Notes under the pieces: generated by a model | What the model was told of the DNA's origin: nothing | What the model saw: the letters and a program-made list of their open reading frames with translations, nothing else | The model's database searches: none | Shown here: positions 1 through 8,884 of the stretch, piece after piece | Numbering within the stretch: the stretch's first letter is position 1 | Layout: every line of letters starts with the position of its first letter | Assembly (NCBI GenBank): GCA_965208125.1 | Contig: OZ242320.1 | Span: forward strand, 640,001 to 704,000 | DNA from: Candidatus Latescibacterota bacterium | GTDB taxonomy: Bacteria; Latescibacterota; UBA2968 | Length of the DNA: 64,000 nucleotides | Reading direction: 5' to 3' | Position numbers and translations under genes: made by a program

Positions 1-415
1 ACGCCAAAACCCGATTGAGATCCCCCAATGCCTCTTCAAACCGCCCCATCTCGCGCAGAGTCTCCCCCCGGCTGGCAAGTGCCTGCGTATTTTCCGGATC
101 GAGCGCAACAGCCTTTCCAAAGCTATCTATCGCCGCATCAAACTGCCCCATCAACCCGCAGGCAATCGCGCGATTGCTCCACACCCAGGGATCATCTGGA
201 GCCAGAGCGATTGCGCGGTCAAAATCTGCAACAGCCGCATCAAATCTCCCCAATTGCCCATAAGTAATCCCGCGCTGAACAAACACAACGGGATCGCAAT
301 CTCGGATCGCAACAGCCGCATCAAAATCCGCAACAGCCGCTTTCAGATCGCCGCCATCGCGGTGCGCAATAGCGCGCTGAACCACAGCGTCAAAGTCATT
401 TATAGATAGAGACAT
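1..415 (-). CDS. TPR-repeat protein (3' end outside window; absent from ORF track)
   Basis: Manual translation from ATG 415: MSLSINDFDAVVQRAIAHRDGGDLKAAVADFDAAVAIR...VFVQRGITYGQLGRFDAAVADFDRAIALAPDD...WSNRAIACGLMGQFDAAIDSFGKAVALDPEN; consecutive TPR units, open to window edge. Confidence 0.85.
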   Translation of the reverse strand, partial: MSLSINDFDAVVQRAIAHRDGGDLKAAVADFDAAVAIRDCDPVVFVQRGITYGQLGRFDAAVADFDRAIALAPDDPWVWSNRAIACGLMGQFDAAIDSFGKAVALDPENTQALASRGETLREMGRFEEALGDLNRVLA

Positions 416-532
416 AGAAGAAAATAATGGGAACCACAAAACACCCGAAACGTCTCCACAATGTAGATAAACCAAACCCCAAAATCAAGCGCAAACCCCG
501 TGACATTTTGCACGCGATTTAGTATATTACAG

Positions 533-615
533 CGGTGAGAGGTAAGCGGTAAGAGGTAAGATGACCGCCCTACCCCTCTCACGTCTCACTTCTCACCGCC
601 TCTTAACGTCTCACC
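533..615. repeat. Degenerate heptamer tandem repeats in two inverted blocks
   Basis: ggtgaga ggtaagc ggtaaga ggtaaga then tctcacg tctcact tctcacc ... tcttaac gtctcac. Confidence 0.6.
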
Positions 616-630
616 TTATGGAGGAACACC

Positions 631-1941
631 ATGAAACATTTGCAAATGCGTATTTTCTCTCTCGCCCTATTTCTGTGCTTATGCACAACAGCTTTTGCCC
701 AACCTGGAGTGGGTGAAAAAGTAGGTGAATTTCAACTCCAGGCCACCGATGGCAGGTTTTACGGCGTCAATCATTCGAACAACACGGTATCCGTCCTCTT
801 TTTTGTCGGCTACAACTGAGGGACTTGCATAGGGGCGGGTCCCGCCTTTGAACAAAATATCCACCAGCGCAACAAAGACAAAACCGGCGTACAGATCCTC
901 ACACTGGACAGATATGACGGCAACCGCGCACAGGCAACATCCTATCTGACACAATCCAGCGTCACAACACCGCTGCTCACAAGTGCCTCTGGCGTCTCCA
1001 GGAACCTCGGCACCCGAAACGAAGATATCCTCGTCGTTGACCAGGAAGGCATCTTGCGCCTCAGGACCACTGCAATCGCCAGTGGCTCTCATGATCTGAT
1101 CAACGCACAAATCGACGCTCTTCTCAACAAAACGCCCGTTATCACCCTGTTCCCGCGAGAGCTTTACTTCGGCACAACCCTTGAAGTGGGGCAATCCAAA
1201 ACTATAGAATTTAAGATCGAAAATACTGGTGCAGGTCCCCTCGAAATCACCGGATACACGGCTCCTACAGGCATCACAATGGAGCCATCCTCACTGACCA
1301 TAGCCCCCGGCGAAAGCAAAACCGTACAAATCACCCTGACACCAACACAGGCCGGGACATTCTCGGGTAAAATCACCCTAAAACACGGCGAACAAAGTGT
1401 TGGCACCCTGGAAATCCCCTTTGCCAACCTCACCATCGAAGCGCCCCAACTCCCGGTCATTTCACTGGTTCAGGAAAATTTGAGCCTGGATGAAATCGAA
1501 GTGGGTAAAGACTTCACAACAACATTCGCCATCACAAATACTGGTACAGGTCCGCTCACCATCACAGACATCCAATCCAACATCGCGGGCATTGCATTTT
1601 CAGAAACCCAATTAACAGTGCCACCCGGCCAATCTCAGAATATCACAGTGACTTTCAATCCGCCAGCCGAAGGTCCCATCACCGGCACCATCGACATAAT
1701 CTCAGACGACCCGGAAAAAGCCTCAATCAGCCTGACCATCACCGGCTCGGCCATCTTCATCCCCGCTGATCCACGCACCGACTTCGACGGTTCGCGCACC
1801 ATTGACTTCTCGGACTTCCTCTTGTTCGTAAGTGCCTTTGGCACGGCCAATACGACCTTCGATCTCGACGGATCCGGCACTGTTGACTTCCCCGATTTTC
1901 TCATCTTTGTCGCAAACTTTGGGAAAACAATCAATTCCTGA
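631..1941 (+). CDS. Probable secreted selenoprotein: signal peptide, AhpC/TSA thioredoxin fold with UxxC, two Ig-like (ASH-type) domains, dockerin-like Ca-binding tail
   Basis: ORFs 631-819 and 1054-1941 share a frame and only TGA 817-819 separates them; read-through gives VLFFVGYN-U-GTC-IGAGPAFEQ...ILVVDQEGILR; RBS GGAGGA; C-terminal DFDGSRTIDFSDF / DLDGSGTVDFPDF. Confidence 0.85.
831..849 (+). promoter_or_regulatory. Candidate SECIS hairpin
   Basis: AGGGGCGG-GTC-CCGCCTTT stem-loop starting 11 nt after the UGA, with G at the start of the loop. Confidence 0.55.
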
Positions 1942-1946
1942 AAAAC

Positions 1947-1971
1947 GGGCGGGTTTAAAACCCGCCCCTAC
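1947..1971. repeat. GTAG-family REP-like palindrome
   Basis: gggcgggtttaaaacccgcccctac; reverse complement begins GTAGGGGCG. Confidence 0.75.
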
Positions 1972-2025
1972 ATCATTATATATAACCTCCTGCGAGATCA
2001 TCGGTGTTAATCCGTGTTGCTTTCC

Positions 2026-2715
2026 ATGTCCCACCGCCAAACACTCATCAACGCATTCAAACGCATCCTCGAAATAGCGGATCACAACCATCTCTATTTG
2101 CCCTTTCAACGCGACAGCAAATTGCGGGCAGAACACTTTCCCGGCGCAGGGTCTAAAATCGGGCGAAAAAAACTCATCGACGCATATCTCTGTGAATTTG
2201 GCGGCACCAACCCCGATGAAAAATTGCTCCAACACGCCACCTATCCCTGGATTCACGGGTACGACGCCAGCCTCACGCATATTCTCGACGACCTTCGCAA
2301 GCATCAAAAGAAAGCACCCGAAGAACTTTCTCTTGACCGAAAGCGCGAACTCGAAAAAAAATTTACCCGCACGGGTGCCGAAGAAATCTCTGCCTTCTGG
2401 AGCGTATATGCCGCCGCCAGCCACAGCTATCGCAAAAGCGTCATAGAAATGCTCGCCCGCGTCGCCCCCCCCGAAGCAGCCCCTCCGACCATACAGCCCA
2501 CAACGCGCGATTCCTCTCAAATCGAACCCGCCACACAGTCGGGATATGCCTTGATGGGCGCGCTTATCTTCTTTGTCCCTACCCTTATATTTACTATAAT
2601 ACAATACTGGCGACTTCCACACGAAAGCCACTATATCGCTCTATCAATCGCCGGATTTTTTGGGATAGTCACACTCATCTTCCTCATCGACTACTTGCGT
2701 AAACGCAACACCTGA
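2026..2715 (+). CDS. Hypothetical membrane protein (two C-terminal TM helices)
   Basis: Open frame filling the gap; hydrophobic YALMGALIFFVPTLIFTII and YIALSIAGFFGIVTLIFLI. Confidence 0.7.
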   Translation: MSHRQTLINAFKRILEIADHNHLYLPFQRDSKLRAEHFPGAGSKIGRKKLIDAYLCEFGGTNPDEKLLQHATYPWIHGYDASLTHILDDLRKHQKKAPEELSLDRKRELEKKFTRTGAEEISAFWSVYAAASHSYRKSVIEMLARVAPPEAAPPTIQPTTRDSSQIEPATQSGYALMGALIFFVPTLIFTIIQYWRLPHESHYIALSIAGFFGIVTLIFLIDYLRKRNT

Positions 2716-2720
2716 TCACA

Positions 2721-4535
2721 ATGAAACGCCCTCTCGTCATCGCACTCTTTCTCGCCCTCCCACTTCGCCTCTGGGCAAATCCCCTCCAAACAGGTGCTGA
2801 AGAGGTTCCATTCAGTATCGGCGACACCCTCAATGATTTCGCCCTTGCCGACCTCAATGGCTCGCCCGTTACCCTCAGTGATTTATCTCAGAACCGCGCA
2901 CTCGTCATCATCTTCAGTTCCGTCGTCTGCCCTGCCTCGCTGAAATACGACATACACCGCACACAACTTCACGAACAATATGCCCCCAAAGGCGTACACT
3001 TGATCTCTGTAAATGCCAACTTTAACGAAACGGACAGAGACATCAAAGAACACTACGCCCAGAACCCCGTACCCTTCGATGTCCTGCGCGACCCGCACAA
3101 TAAACTCGCCGATCACCTCGGCGCGACCCACACCCCCCATGCCTTTCTCTTTGACGCCCAGCGCCGCCTGCGCTACAAGGGCGAAATCGACAACGGCTGG
3201 GGCATCCCCGAAGACACGACCTCGCGCGGTTTATGGGATGCCCTCGATGCACTGCTCGCCAACCGCGAAATTGTCAACACCAACCTGCCCAGTTTTGGCT
3301 GTGAAATCAGACGCATGCCCCGGCCAACAACTGTCGCGAACACCTCTATCCCAACATTTTATCGCGACATCCTGCCCCTGCTCCAAAACCGCTGTCAGAA
3401 CTGTCATCGCCCCGGCGGCATCGGGCGCGTACCCTTTTTCGACTACACAGAAGTACTCGCCTGGGCCTATCAGATGCGCGACTCCATCGAAGCCCGCATC
3501 ATGCCGCCCTGGAAAGCACGCCCCGAATACGGCGACTTCAAAAATTCCCGCAGACTCACAAATACCGAAATTCACACCTTCGCGCAATGGGTCAACAACG
3601 GCATGCCAGAGGGCAATCCCTCCAACCAACCCCAACCCATTGCATTTTCCAAAAGCTGGACCCTGGGCACACCCGACCTGACCCTCGAACCCGAAGCACC
3701 CTATCCACTCGAAGCTGTAGGGCGCGATGAATACCGCTGCTTTGTCTTGCCCACAAAACAGGACACGAGCAACTACGTATCGGCCATTGAAGTCCTGCCC
3801 GGAGAACGCGAAGTCGTCCACCACGTCAGCGTGTACATCGACATCTCTGGCAAAGCGAGCCTGCAACAGGAAAATTCGCCCTCGCCGGGATACCCATGCT
3901 TTGGCGGCATTGGCGTGCCCATCTACGAATCTCTGGGCGGTTGGGCACCCGGCAACACCCCCTTTGTCCTTCCAGATGGCACGGGCCGCGATTTACCGCC
4001 CAACAGCGACATCATCCTTCAGATCCACTATCACAAAATTGGTCGCGCCGTAAAAGATCATTCTCGACTGGGCATCTACTTTGCCAAAAAACCCGTACAA
4101 AAACAGCTCAGAGAAGAAGTCATCAACAGCCGCTTGCTCTTCATTCCACCCAACATCAAACGACACAGAGTAACCGGAGCACTCACCATCACCCGCGACC
4201 AGCACCTGCTCGGCATCTTGCCCCACATGCACCTGCTCGGCACAGAAATGAAAATAACCGCAACCTATCCCGACGGCACGCAACAACCCTTAATATGGGT
4301 CAAACCCTGGGACTTTAACTGGCAAGAAACCTACGTGTACAAAATACCCATCGCACTCCCGCGCGGCACACGCATCGCGCTCGAAGCCTTTTACGACAAC
4401 TCTGCCGACAATCCCCGAAATCCCAACAATCCCCCCAGGCTGGTGCGCTGGGGCGAAAAATCAACCGACGAAATGTGTACTGCATTTCTCTATGTCACGC
4501 ACGATGATGAAAACTTAACAACAGGTAAGAGGTGA
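2721..4535 (+). CDS. Secreted redoxin + cytochrome c + copper type II (PHM/DBH-like) monooxygenase fusion
   Basis: Signal peptide; redoxin (VVCPAS, GATHTPHAFLFD, YKGEID, FGCEI); heme motif CQNCH; Cu ligands VVHH, QIHYH, PHMH, DEMC. Confidence 0.85.
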   Translation: MKRPLVIALFLALPLRLWANPLQTGAEEVPFSIGDTLNDFALADLNGSPVTLSDLSQNRALVIIFSSVVCPASLKYDIHRTQLHEQYAPKGVHLISVNANFNETDRDIKEHYAQNPVPFDVLRDPHNKLADHLGATHTPHAFLFDAQRRLRYKGEIDNGWGIPEDTTSRGLWDALDALLANREIVNTNLPSFGCEIRRMPRPTTVANTSIPTFYRDILPLLQNRCQNCHRPGGIGRVPFFDYTEVLAWAYQMRDSIEARIMPPWKARPEYGDFKNSRRLTNTEIHTFAQWVNNGMPEGNPSNQPQPIAFSKSWTLGTPDLTLEPEAPYPLEAVGRDEYRCFVLPTKQDTSNYVSAIEVLPGEREVVHHVSVYIDISGKASLQQENSPSPGYPCFGGIGVPIYESLGGWAPGNTPFVLPDGTGRDLPPNSDIILQIHYHKIGRAVKDHSRLGIYFAKKPVQKQLREEVINSRLLFIPPNIKRHRVTGALTITRDQHLLGILPHMHLLGTEMKITATYPDGTQQPLIWVKPWDFNWQETYVYKIPIALPRGTRIALEAFYDNSADNPRNPNNPPRLVRWGEKSTDEMCTAFLYVTHDDENLTTGKR

Positions 4536-4536
4536 C

Positions 4537-6132
4537 ATGAAAAAACTCCTCAAACTCAGCATCCTCATCACCCTGATCCACGCGCCCATCCACGCCCAAT
4601 GGAATATCGCCGTATTGCCACATGAAAACACATTGGGCGACCCGCAGTGGAATTGGCTCTCCGCAGCCATTGTCGAAGGATATATCAACGCCTATTACCA
4701 TGTGCCCAAAATACATGCTGTTGACGAAGAATATCTGCGCCACAAACTCGGAGACACGCCAGTAAGCTCCTCTGACCTTGCACAAAAATTGAACATCCAC
4801 CTGATTTTAAGTGGGCGTTACGACATTGTGGGGTCCCGCATCCAAATCGAAACCGACATGCTTCAGGCAACCACAGGCGAAGTCATCGAAACCTTTGCGG
4901 GTCAGGCATCCATCTCTACTCCGCTCGACGCCATATTGCCCGTACTCTACGCCATTGCAAATCAGTTAAACGTGACCCTGACACCCCATGAAAAAACCCG
5001 CCTGCAAATCCCCATGTTTCACGATCCACAAGCTCTTCACATCGCAACCGAAAGCATGGTGGCACTGTATCGGGCGCTGCGACAATCTCCCATTGACGAC
5101 GCTCTGCTTACACAGGCTGAAGGCGGTCTAAAACGCGCCGTACAACACGATGTCAAAAGTGCGATGCCCCACTACTATCTCGGCCGCATACACGAAACGC
5201 GCAACAAAATAACAGAAGCGGAAAACGCCTATCGCAACGCCCTCAAAATCGACTTTGAACACGTTGCCGCGCGCTATCGCCTTGCCCTGATCCTCAAAAA
5301 ACGCGGACACACAGAAGAAGCCATGAGCGAACTCGAACAGGCCATCCAGCAGTCGCCCTTAAACCCCGATATTCAGACAGCCCTATCCAGCATGTTTTTT
5401 AATCAATACGCCCAAACCTTTGAAACCATCACCACCCAACTGCGCCAGGCCATCCAGGCCAACCCAAATGATCCCATTGCCTGTTATGAACTCGCCAATG
5501 CTTATAACGAACTCGACCGCATCGACGAAGCCACAAATTATTACCATCAAGCCCTACAACGCGATTCCACACTCGCCGATGCACATTTCAAACTCGGCCT
5601 CATTGCACACCGCAAAGGGGAACACGAAAAAGCCATTGACCACCTTCAAAAAGCCGCAGCGCACAACACCCAATTCACCCGCGTCCATTTCCGCCTCGGC
5701 ACCATCTTCCACCTTATCGAGCACTACGACGCGGCAATCAAAGCCTTTTCAAAAGCTATCGAAGTCGAACCCAATTACGTCATCCCGCGCTATCACCTCG
5801 GCCTGAGCTATCTCGCAAACGCGCAGCCAGACAGCGCTTATGAAGCCTTCCAGAAATACGCCGAACTCACCTCAGACGACCACCGCCCGTATTTCCAAAT
5901 GGCCGAGATCGCCCGGCAAAAAGGCGAACATGAACGCGCAATAGACGGGTATATACGCGCAATCGCCATCAGCCCTGTTCACGTACCCTCACACCTCCGC
6001 CTGGGCTATCTCCATGCCGAACAACAACGCTTTGACCTCGCTGTCCAGCAATTGCAAACTGTACTGCGCCTACAACCCGATCACCCGGAGGCCGAGAAAA
6101 TCCTCGCCGACATCCAGAAATGGACACCATGA
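4537..6132 (+). CDS. Exported TPR protein with N-terminal TolB_N/CsgG-like domain
   Basis: Signal peptide, IAVLPHEN...WNWLS, many TPR units; ATGA overlap with next gene. Confidence 0.85.
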   Translation: MKKLLKLSILITLIHAPIHAQWNIAVLPHENTLGDPQWNWLSAAIVEGYINAYYHVPKIHAVDEEYLRHKLGDTPVSSSDLAQKLNIHLILSGRYDIVGSRIQIETDMLQATTGEVIETFAGQASISTPLDAILPVLYAIANQLNVTLTPHEKTRLQIPMFHDPQALHIATESMVALYRALRQSPIDDALLTQAEGGLKRAVQHDVKSAMPHYYLGRIHETRNKITEAENAYRNALKIDFEHVAARYRLALILKKRGHTEEAMSELEQAIQQSPLNPDIQTALSSMFFNQYAQTFETITTQLRQAIQANPNDPIACYELANAYNELDRIDEATNYYHQALQRDSTLADAHFKLGLIAHRKGEHEKAIDHLQKAAAHNTQFTRVHFRLGTIFHLIEHYDAAIKAFSKAIEVEPNYVIPRYHLGLSYLANAQPDSAYEAFQKYAELTSDDHRPYFQMAEIARQKGEHERAIDGYIRAIAISPVHVPSHLRLGYLHAEQQRFDLAVQQLQTVLRLQPDHPEAEKILADIQKWTP

Positions 6133-6842
6133 ACCTGCTCAAAAAATGTGGTGCCGAATTTATCGGCGCATTTGCCATCGTCTTTGGCGGATGTGGTGCC
6201 GTCGCCATCAACCAGCTATCCGAAGGCGCCATCACCCATGTGGGCATTGCAACATCCTTTGGCCTCATCGTCATGACAATGGTTTACGCCACCGGGCACA
6301 TCTCGGGCGCGCACTTCAATCCCGCCGTCACCACCGCCTTTGCCTGCACCCGTCACTTTCCCAAACGCGAAATCCTGCCCTACATCGCAGCCCAATGCCT
6401 CGGAGCCATCGCCGCCAGCGGCATTCACCTGTGGTCTCTTACGCCCATCTTAAAATCAAAACACCCACAGCAGACCCTCAACCTGGGTGTCACACAACCG
6501 ATGGACAATCTTTTTACCACAGCTTTTATCTGGGAATTCTTACTCACCTTCTTCTTAATGCTCGTCATCATGGCCGTTGCCACAGACTATCGCGCCACGG
6601 GTCAAGCCGCCGGCCTGGCCATCGGCGGCACCATCTGGTTTGAAGCTATGTTTGCCGGTCCGCTATGCGGAGCCTCCATGAATCCAGCGCGCAGCCTTGG
6701 CCCCGCTCTGGCCGCTGGTGATTGGACCCATTTTCCCGCTTACGTATTCGGCCCCATTCTCGGCGCAACTGCAGGCGCGTTTTTTTACGAATTCATCCGC
6801 TGCCATTCCGAACCCGGCACCGATGTCAAAGGTTGTTGTTAA
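6129..6842 (+). CDS. MIP-family channel, probably arsenite-conducting (AqpS-like)
   Basis: SGAHFNPAVT and GASMNPARS motifs; C-terminal C...GCC; adjacent to arsC. Confidence 0.9.
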   Translation: MNLLKKCGAEFIGAFAIVFGGCGAVAINQLSEGAITHVGIATSFGLIVMTMVYATGHISGAHFNPAVTTAFACTRHFPKREILPYIAAQCLGAIAASGIHLWSLTPILKSKHPQQTLNLGVTQPMDNLFTTAFIWEFLLTFFLMLVIMAVATDYRATGQAAGLAIGGTIWFEAMFAGPLCGASMNPARSLGPALAAGDWTHFPAYVFGPILGATAGAFFYEFIRCHSEPGTDVKGCC

Positions 6843-6915
6843 AAGCGGTTAGCACAAACTAAGCAGCATCTAAATGCTTGTAATTCTCAATTTTTAATTT
6901 TTAATTTCTAATTCT

Positions 6916-7338
6916 ATGAACCGCGTACTCATCCTCTGCACGGGCAACTCCTGCCGCAGCCAGATGGCGCAAGGACTATTTAGCCATCTGAGCAATGGCA
7001 CTTACGACGCCTATAGCGCAGGTGTCAGCCCTACAACAGTCAATCCACTCGCCATTCTCGCCATGCGTGAAATCGGCATCGACATATCCCACCACACATC
7101 CGACAGCATCGAACAATATCTCAATCGAAACTTTGATCTCGTCATCACCGTTTGCGACAACGCAAACGAAAATTGTCCGATCTTCCCGGGCGCCAAAAAC
7201 ACGCGACACTGGCCCTTTGAAGACCCCGCTGATGCCAAAGGTACAGAAGAAGAACGAATGCGCGTATTCCGCAAAGTGCGCGACAAAATACGCGACAAAA
7301 TCGCAAACTTCCTCCACATAAAAAAAGCCTCGAGATAA
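6916..7338 (+). CDS. arsC: Thioredoxin-coupled arsenate reductase (LMW-PTP fold)
   Basis: ILCTGNSCRSQMA, VITVCDNANENCPIFPG, HWPFEDP. Confidence 0.92.
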   Translation: MNRVLILCTGNSCRSQMAQGLFSHLSNGTYDAYSAGVSPTTVNPLAILAMREIGIDISHHTSDSIEQYLNRNFDLVITVCDNANENCPIFPGAKNTRHWPFEDPADAKGTEEERMRVFRKVRDKIRDKIANFLHIKKASR

Positions 7339-7355
7339 CTCGAGGCTTAAAAAAA
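7321..7355. terminator. Bidirectional intrinsic terminator
   Basis: aagcctcgag-ataa-ctcgaggctt hairpin between convergent genes. Confidence 0.7.
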
Positions 7356-7381
7356 TTTCTGTGTCGGGGTATTATTTACCA

Positions 7382-7603
7382 TCATTTAAAATAGATACCG
7401 ATTATACCGCCGATAATCACAGACAAGAGTCCCAATTGCCAATATAATAATTTATCTATACGGTTTGTCGTATTATCTATACGAGTTGATATGGCACGCA
7501 TATCTTGTCTATACTCGGCCTGATCTTTAACCATTTGCTCTACGATGCCTTCAAGCCGCCCAATGTGCCTATCCGTATCTTGTGATCGGTCTGTAACAGC
7601 CAT
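7382..7603 (-). CDS. Small coiled-coil protein with C-terminal TM anchor
   Basis: RIDNTTNRIDKLLYWQLGLLSVIIGGIIG; RBS GAGG; AT-richer than neighbours. Confidence 0.7.
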   Translation of the reverse strand: MAVTDRSQDTDRHIGRLEGIVEQMVKDQAEYRQDMRAISTRIDNTTNRIDKLLYWQLGLLSVIIGGIIGIYFK

Positions 7604-7683
7604 ATCTTGTTCCTCTCGCGTTAGTCTATCCAAAAATATAGCATAAATACCTCTTGATCCAAAGGCAATTTTTTGTTATCCCG

Positions 7684-8772
7684 CTACGCCCATACCACAC
7701 GCGGCCCATCCACATAATCCAAAAAGCGATTCGCAATATCGGCCTGCGCCGTATCCCCCGTATGCACAATCACGCGCCAGCGAAACGTCATAGATGCGCC
7801 CTCGGGCAAATGGTGGTCGGGCTTGAACATCCAGCAATTGGGCGCAAACAAACCATAACCGCGCACATGCCATGTGGTTGGATATCGGAAATTCTGCGGA
7901 TGATCAAAAATGGCAAACCCCGCCACCTCATCGCCCACCGGACCGTAGTAATCCATCCAGTGTGAAGGCAGCGACCAGCACCCCGTCTCATCCGTCGCGC
8001 CATAGGCATTGCGCATCTCCCCATCGGCATTGGCATTCATCGACGGATTCACGCGAATACACAAAAATCCCCCCTCTTTCGTATCCCCAATCGTCACAGC
8101 ACCGTGCGAAGCCTTGAGCGTCAGCGCAACATCCAGAACCGCTGCATCTCGACCCGAATCGTACAACCGATACGAACGACTATCGCTCATCAGCGCGCGA
8201 TTGCCCTCATACCACGTATTTTTAGAAGCGATCACCAGGGACAATGCATTGTGCGAAATAGAAATATCATCCTGTGCCGTGCGCCCATATCCCGGTTGGT
8301 TGGGCCGCTCGTTCCAGCAATCCACCCCATTTATAGCCCCCTGCATCAGAGTCAAACCCCGCTGCCAGGGATGTTCACCCTCCCCCCATGCCGCCATTGG
8401 CTCGCGCAACATATTGGTCCCATTCGGCGTCAAAATCGGATTGATAACTGGCTTGGGATAATCCGTCGTATGGTGAAACGTCATAAATGGCGACCCCGAC
8501 AGAGAAACACTGAGCGCACCATCGGCATCGTGAGACGAAATCCCCGCAGCCGCATCTGCACTATCCAATGCCAACACCTCAAAATTCGCTTCCTCTCCCC
8601 CGTCCAGCGCGGGCAGAATGACGTGATACACAGGCGCAGACGGATCGCGTTCGGCAATCAGCACCTCACCTCTACCCTTCAACTGCAATAACGGAGCCTC
8701 ACATCCCTCTGGAGCAGAAAAGCTCGCCAGATGCGCCGGACGAGAACGCGGAATTGAAAGCGTCAATTTCAT
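7684..8772 (-). CDS. 'PmoA family' (DUF6807-like) protein, not true methane monooxygenase
   Basis: KPVINPI, EHPWQRGL, DTKEGG, AIFDHPQN..PTTWHVRGYGLFAPN. Confidence 0.75.
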   Translation of the reverse strand: MKLTLSIPRSRPAHLASFSAPEGCEAPLLQLKGRGEVLIAERDPSAPVYHVILPALDGGEEANFEVLALDSADAAAGISSHDADGALSVSLSGSPFMTFHHTTDYPKPVINPILTPNGTNMLREPMAAWGEGEHPWQRGLTLMQGAINGVDCWNERPNQPGYGRTAQDDISISHNALSLVIASKNTWYEGNRALMSDSRSYRLYDSGRDAAVLDVALTLKASHGAVTIGDTKEGGFLCIRVNPSMNANADGEMRNAYGATDETGCWSLPSHWMDYYGPVGDEVAGFAIFDHPQNFRYPTTWHVRGYGLFAPNCWMFKPDHHLPEGASMTFRWRVIVHTGDTAQADIANRFLDYVDGPRVVWA

Positions 8773-8884
8773 ATGTCAAAACTCCTCCACAATAATGAAA
8801 AAAATGATCCGACCATTGAAAAAAATGACCAAAAAATGACCAAAATCAGGCACTATCGCTCAGTTGTGCAAACACCGTGCCAGA

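Noticed and set aside
533-615. CRISPR array
   Set aside because: Units are about 7 nt without spacers, and no cas genes are present
2713-6132. Further UGA read-through at other TGA-ending genes
   Set aside because: These TGAs follow complete domains and abut the next start; no Cys-motif context. TGA is a normal stop here, so a reassigned genetic code is also rejected
7684-8772. 'PmoA' as particulate methane monooxygenase
   Set aside because: Soluble protein with no TM helices and no pmoB/pmoC; the family name is a misnomer
8790-8850. Three aaaaaatga(c/t)c repeats and a 76-aa ORF at 8773-9003
   Set aside because: Low-complexity intergenic sequence; the ORF overlaps the acylase end and has no features
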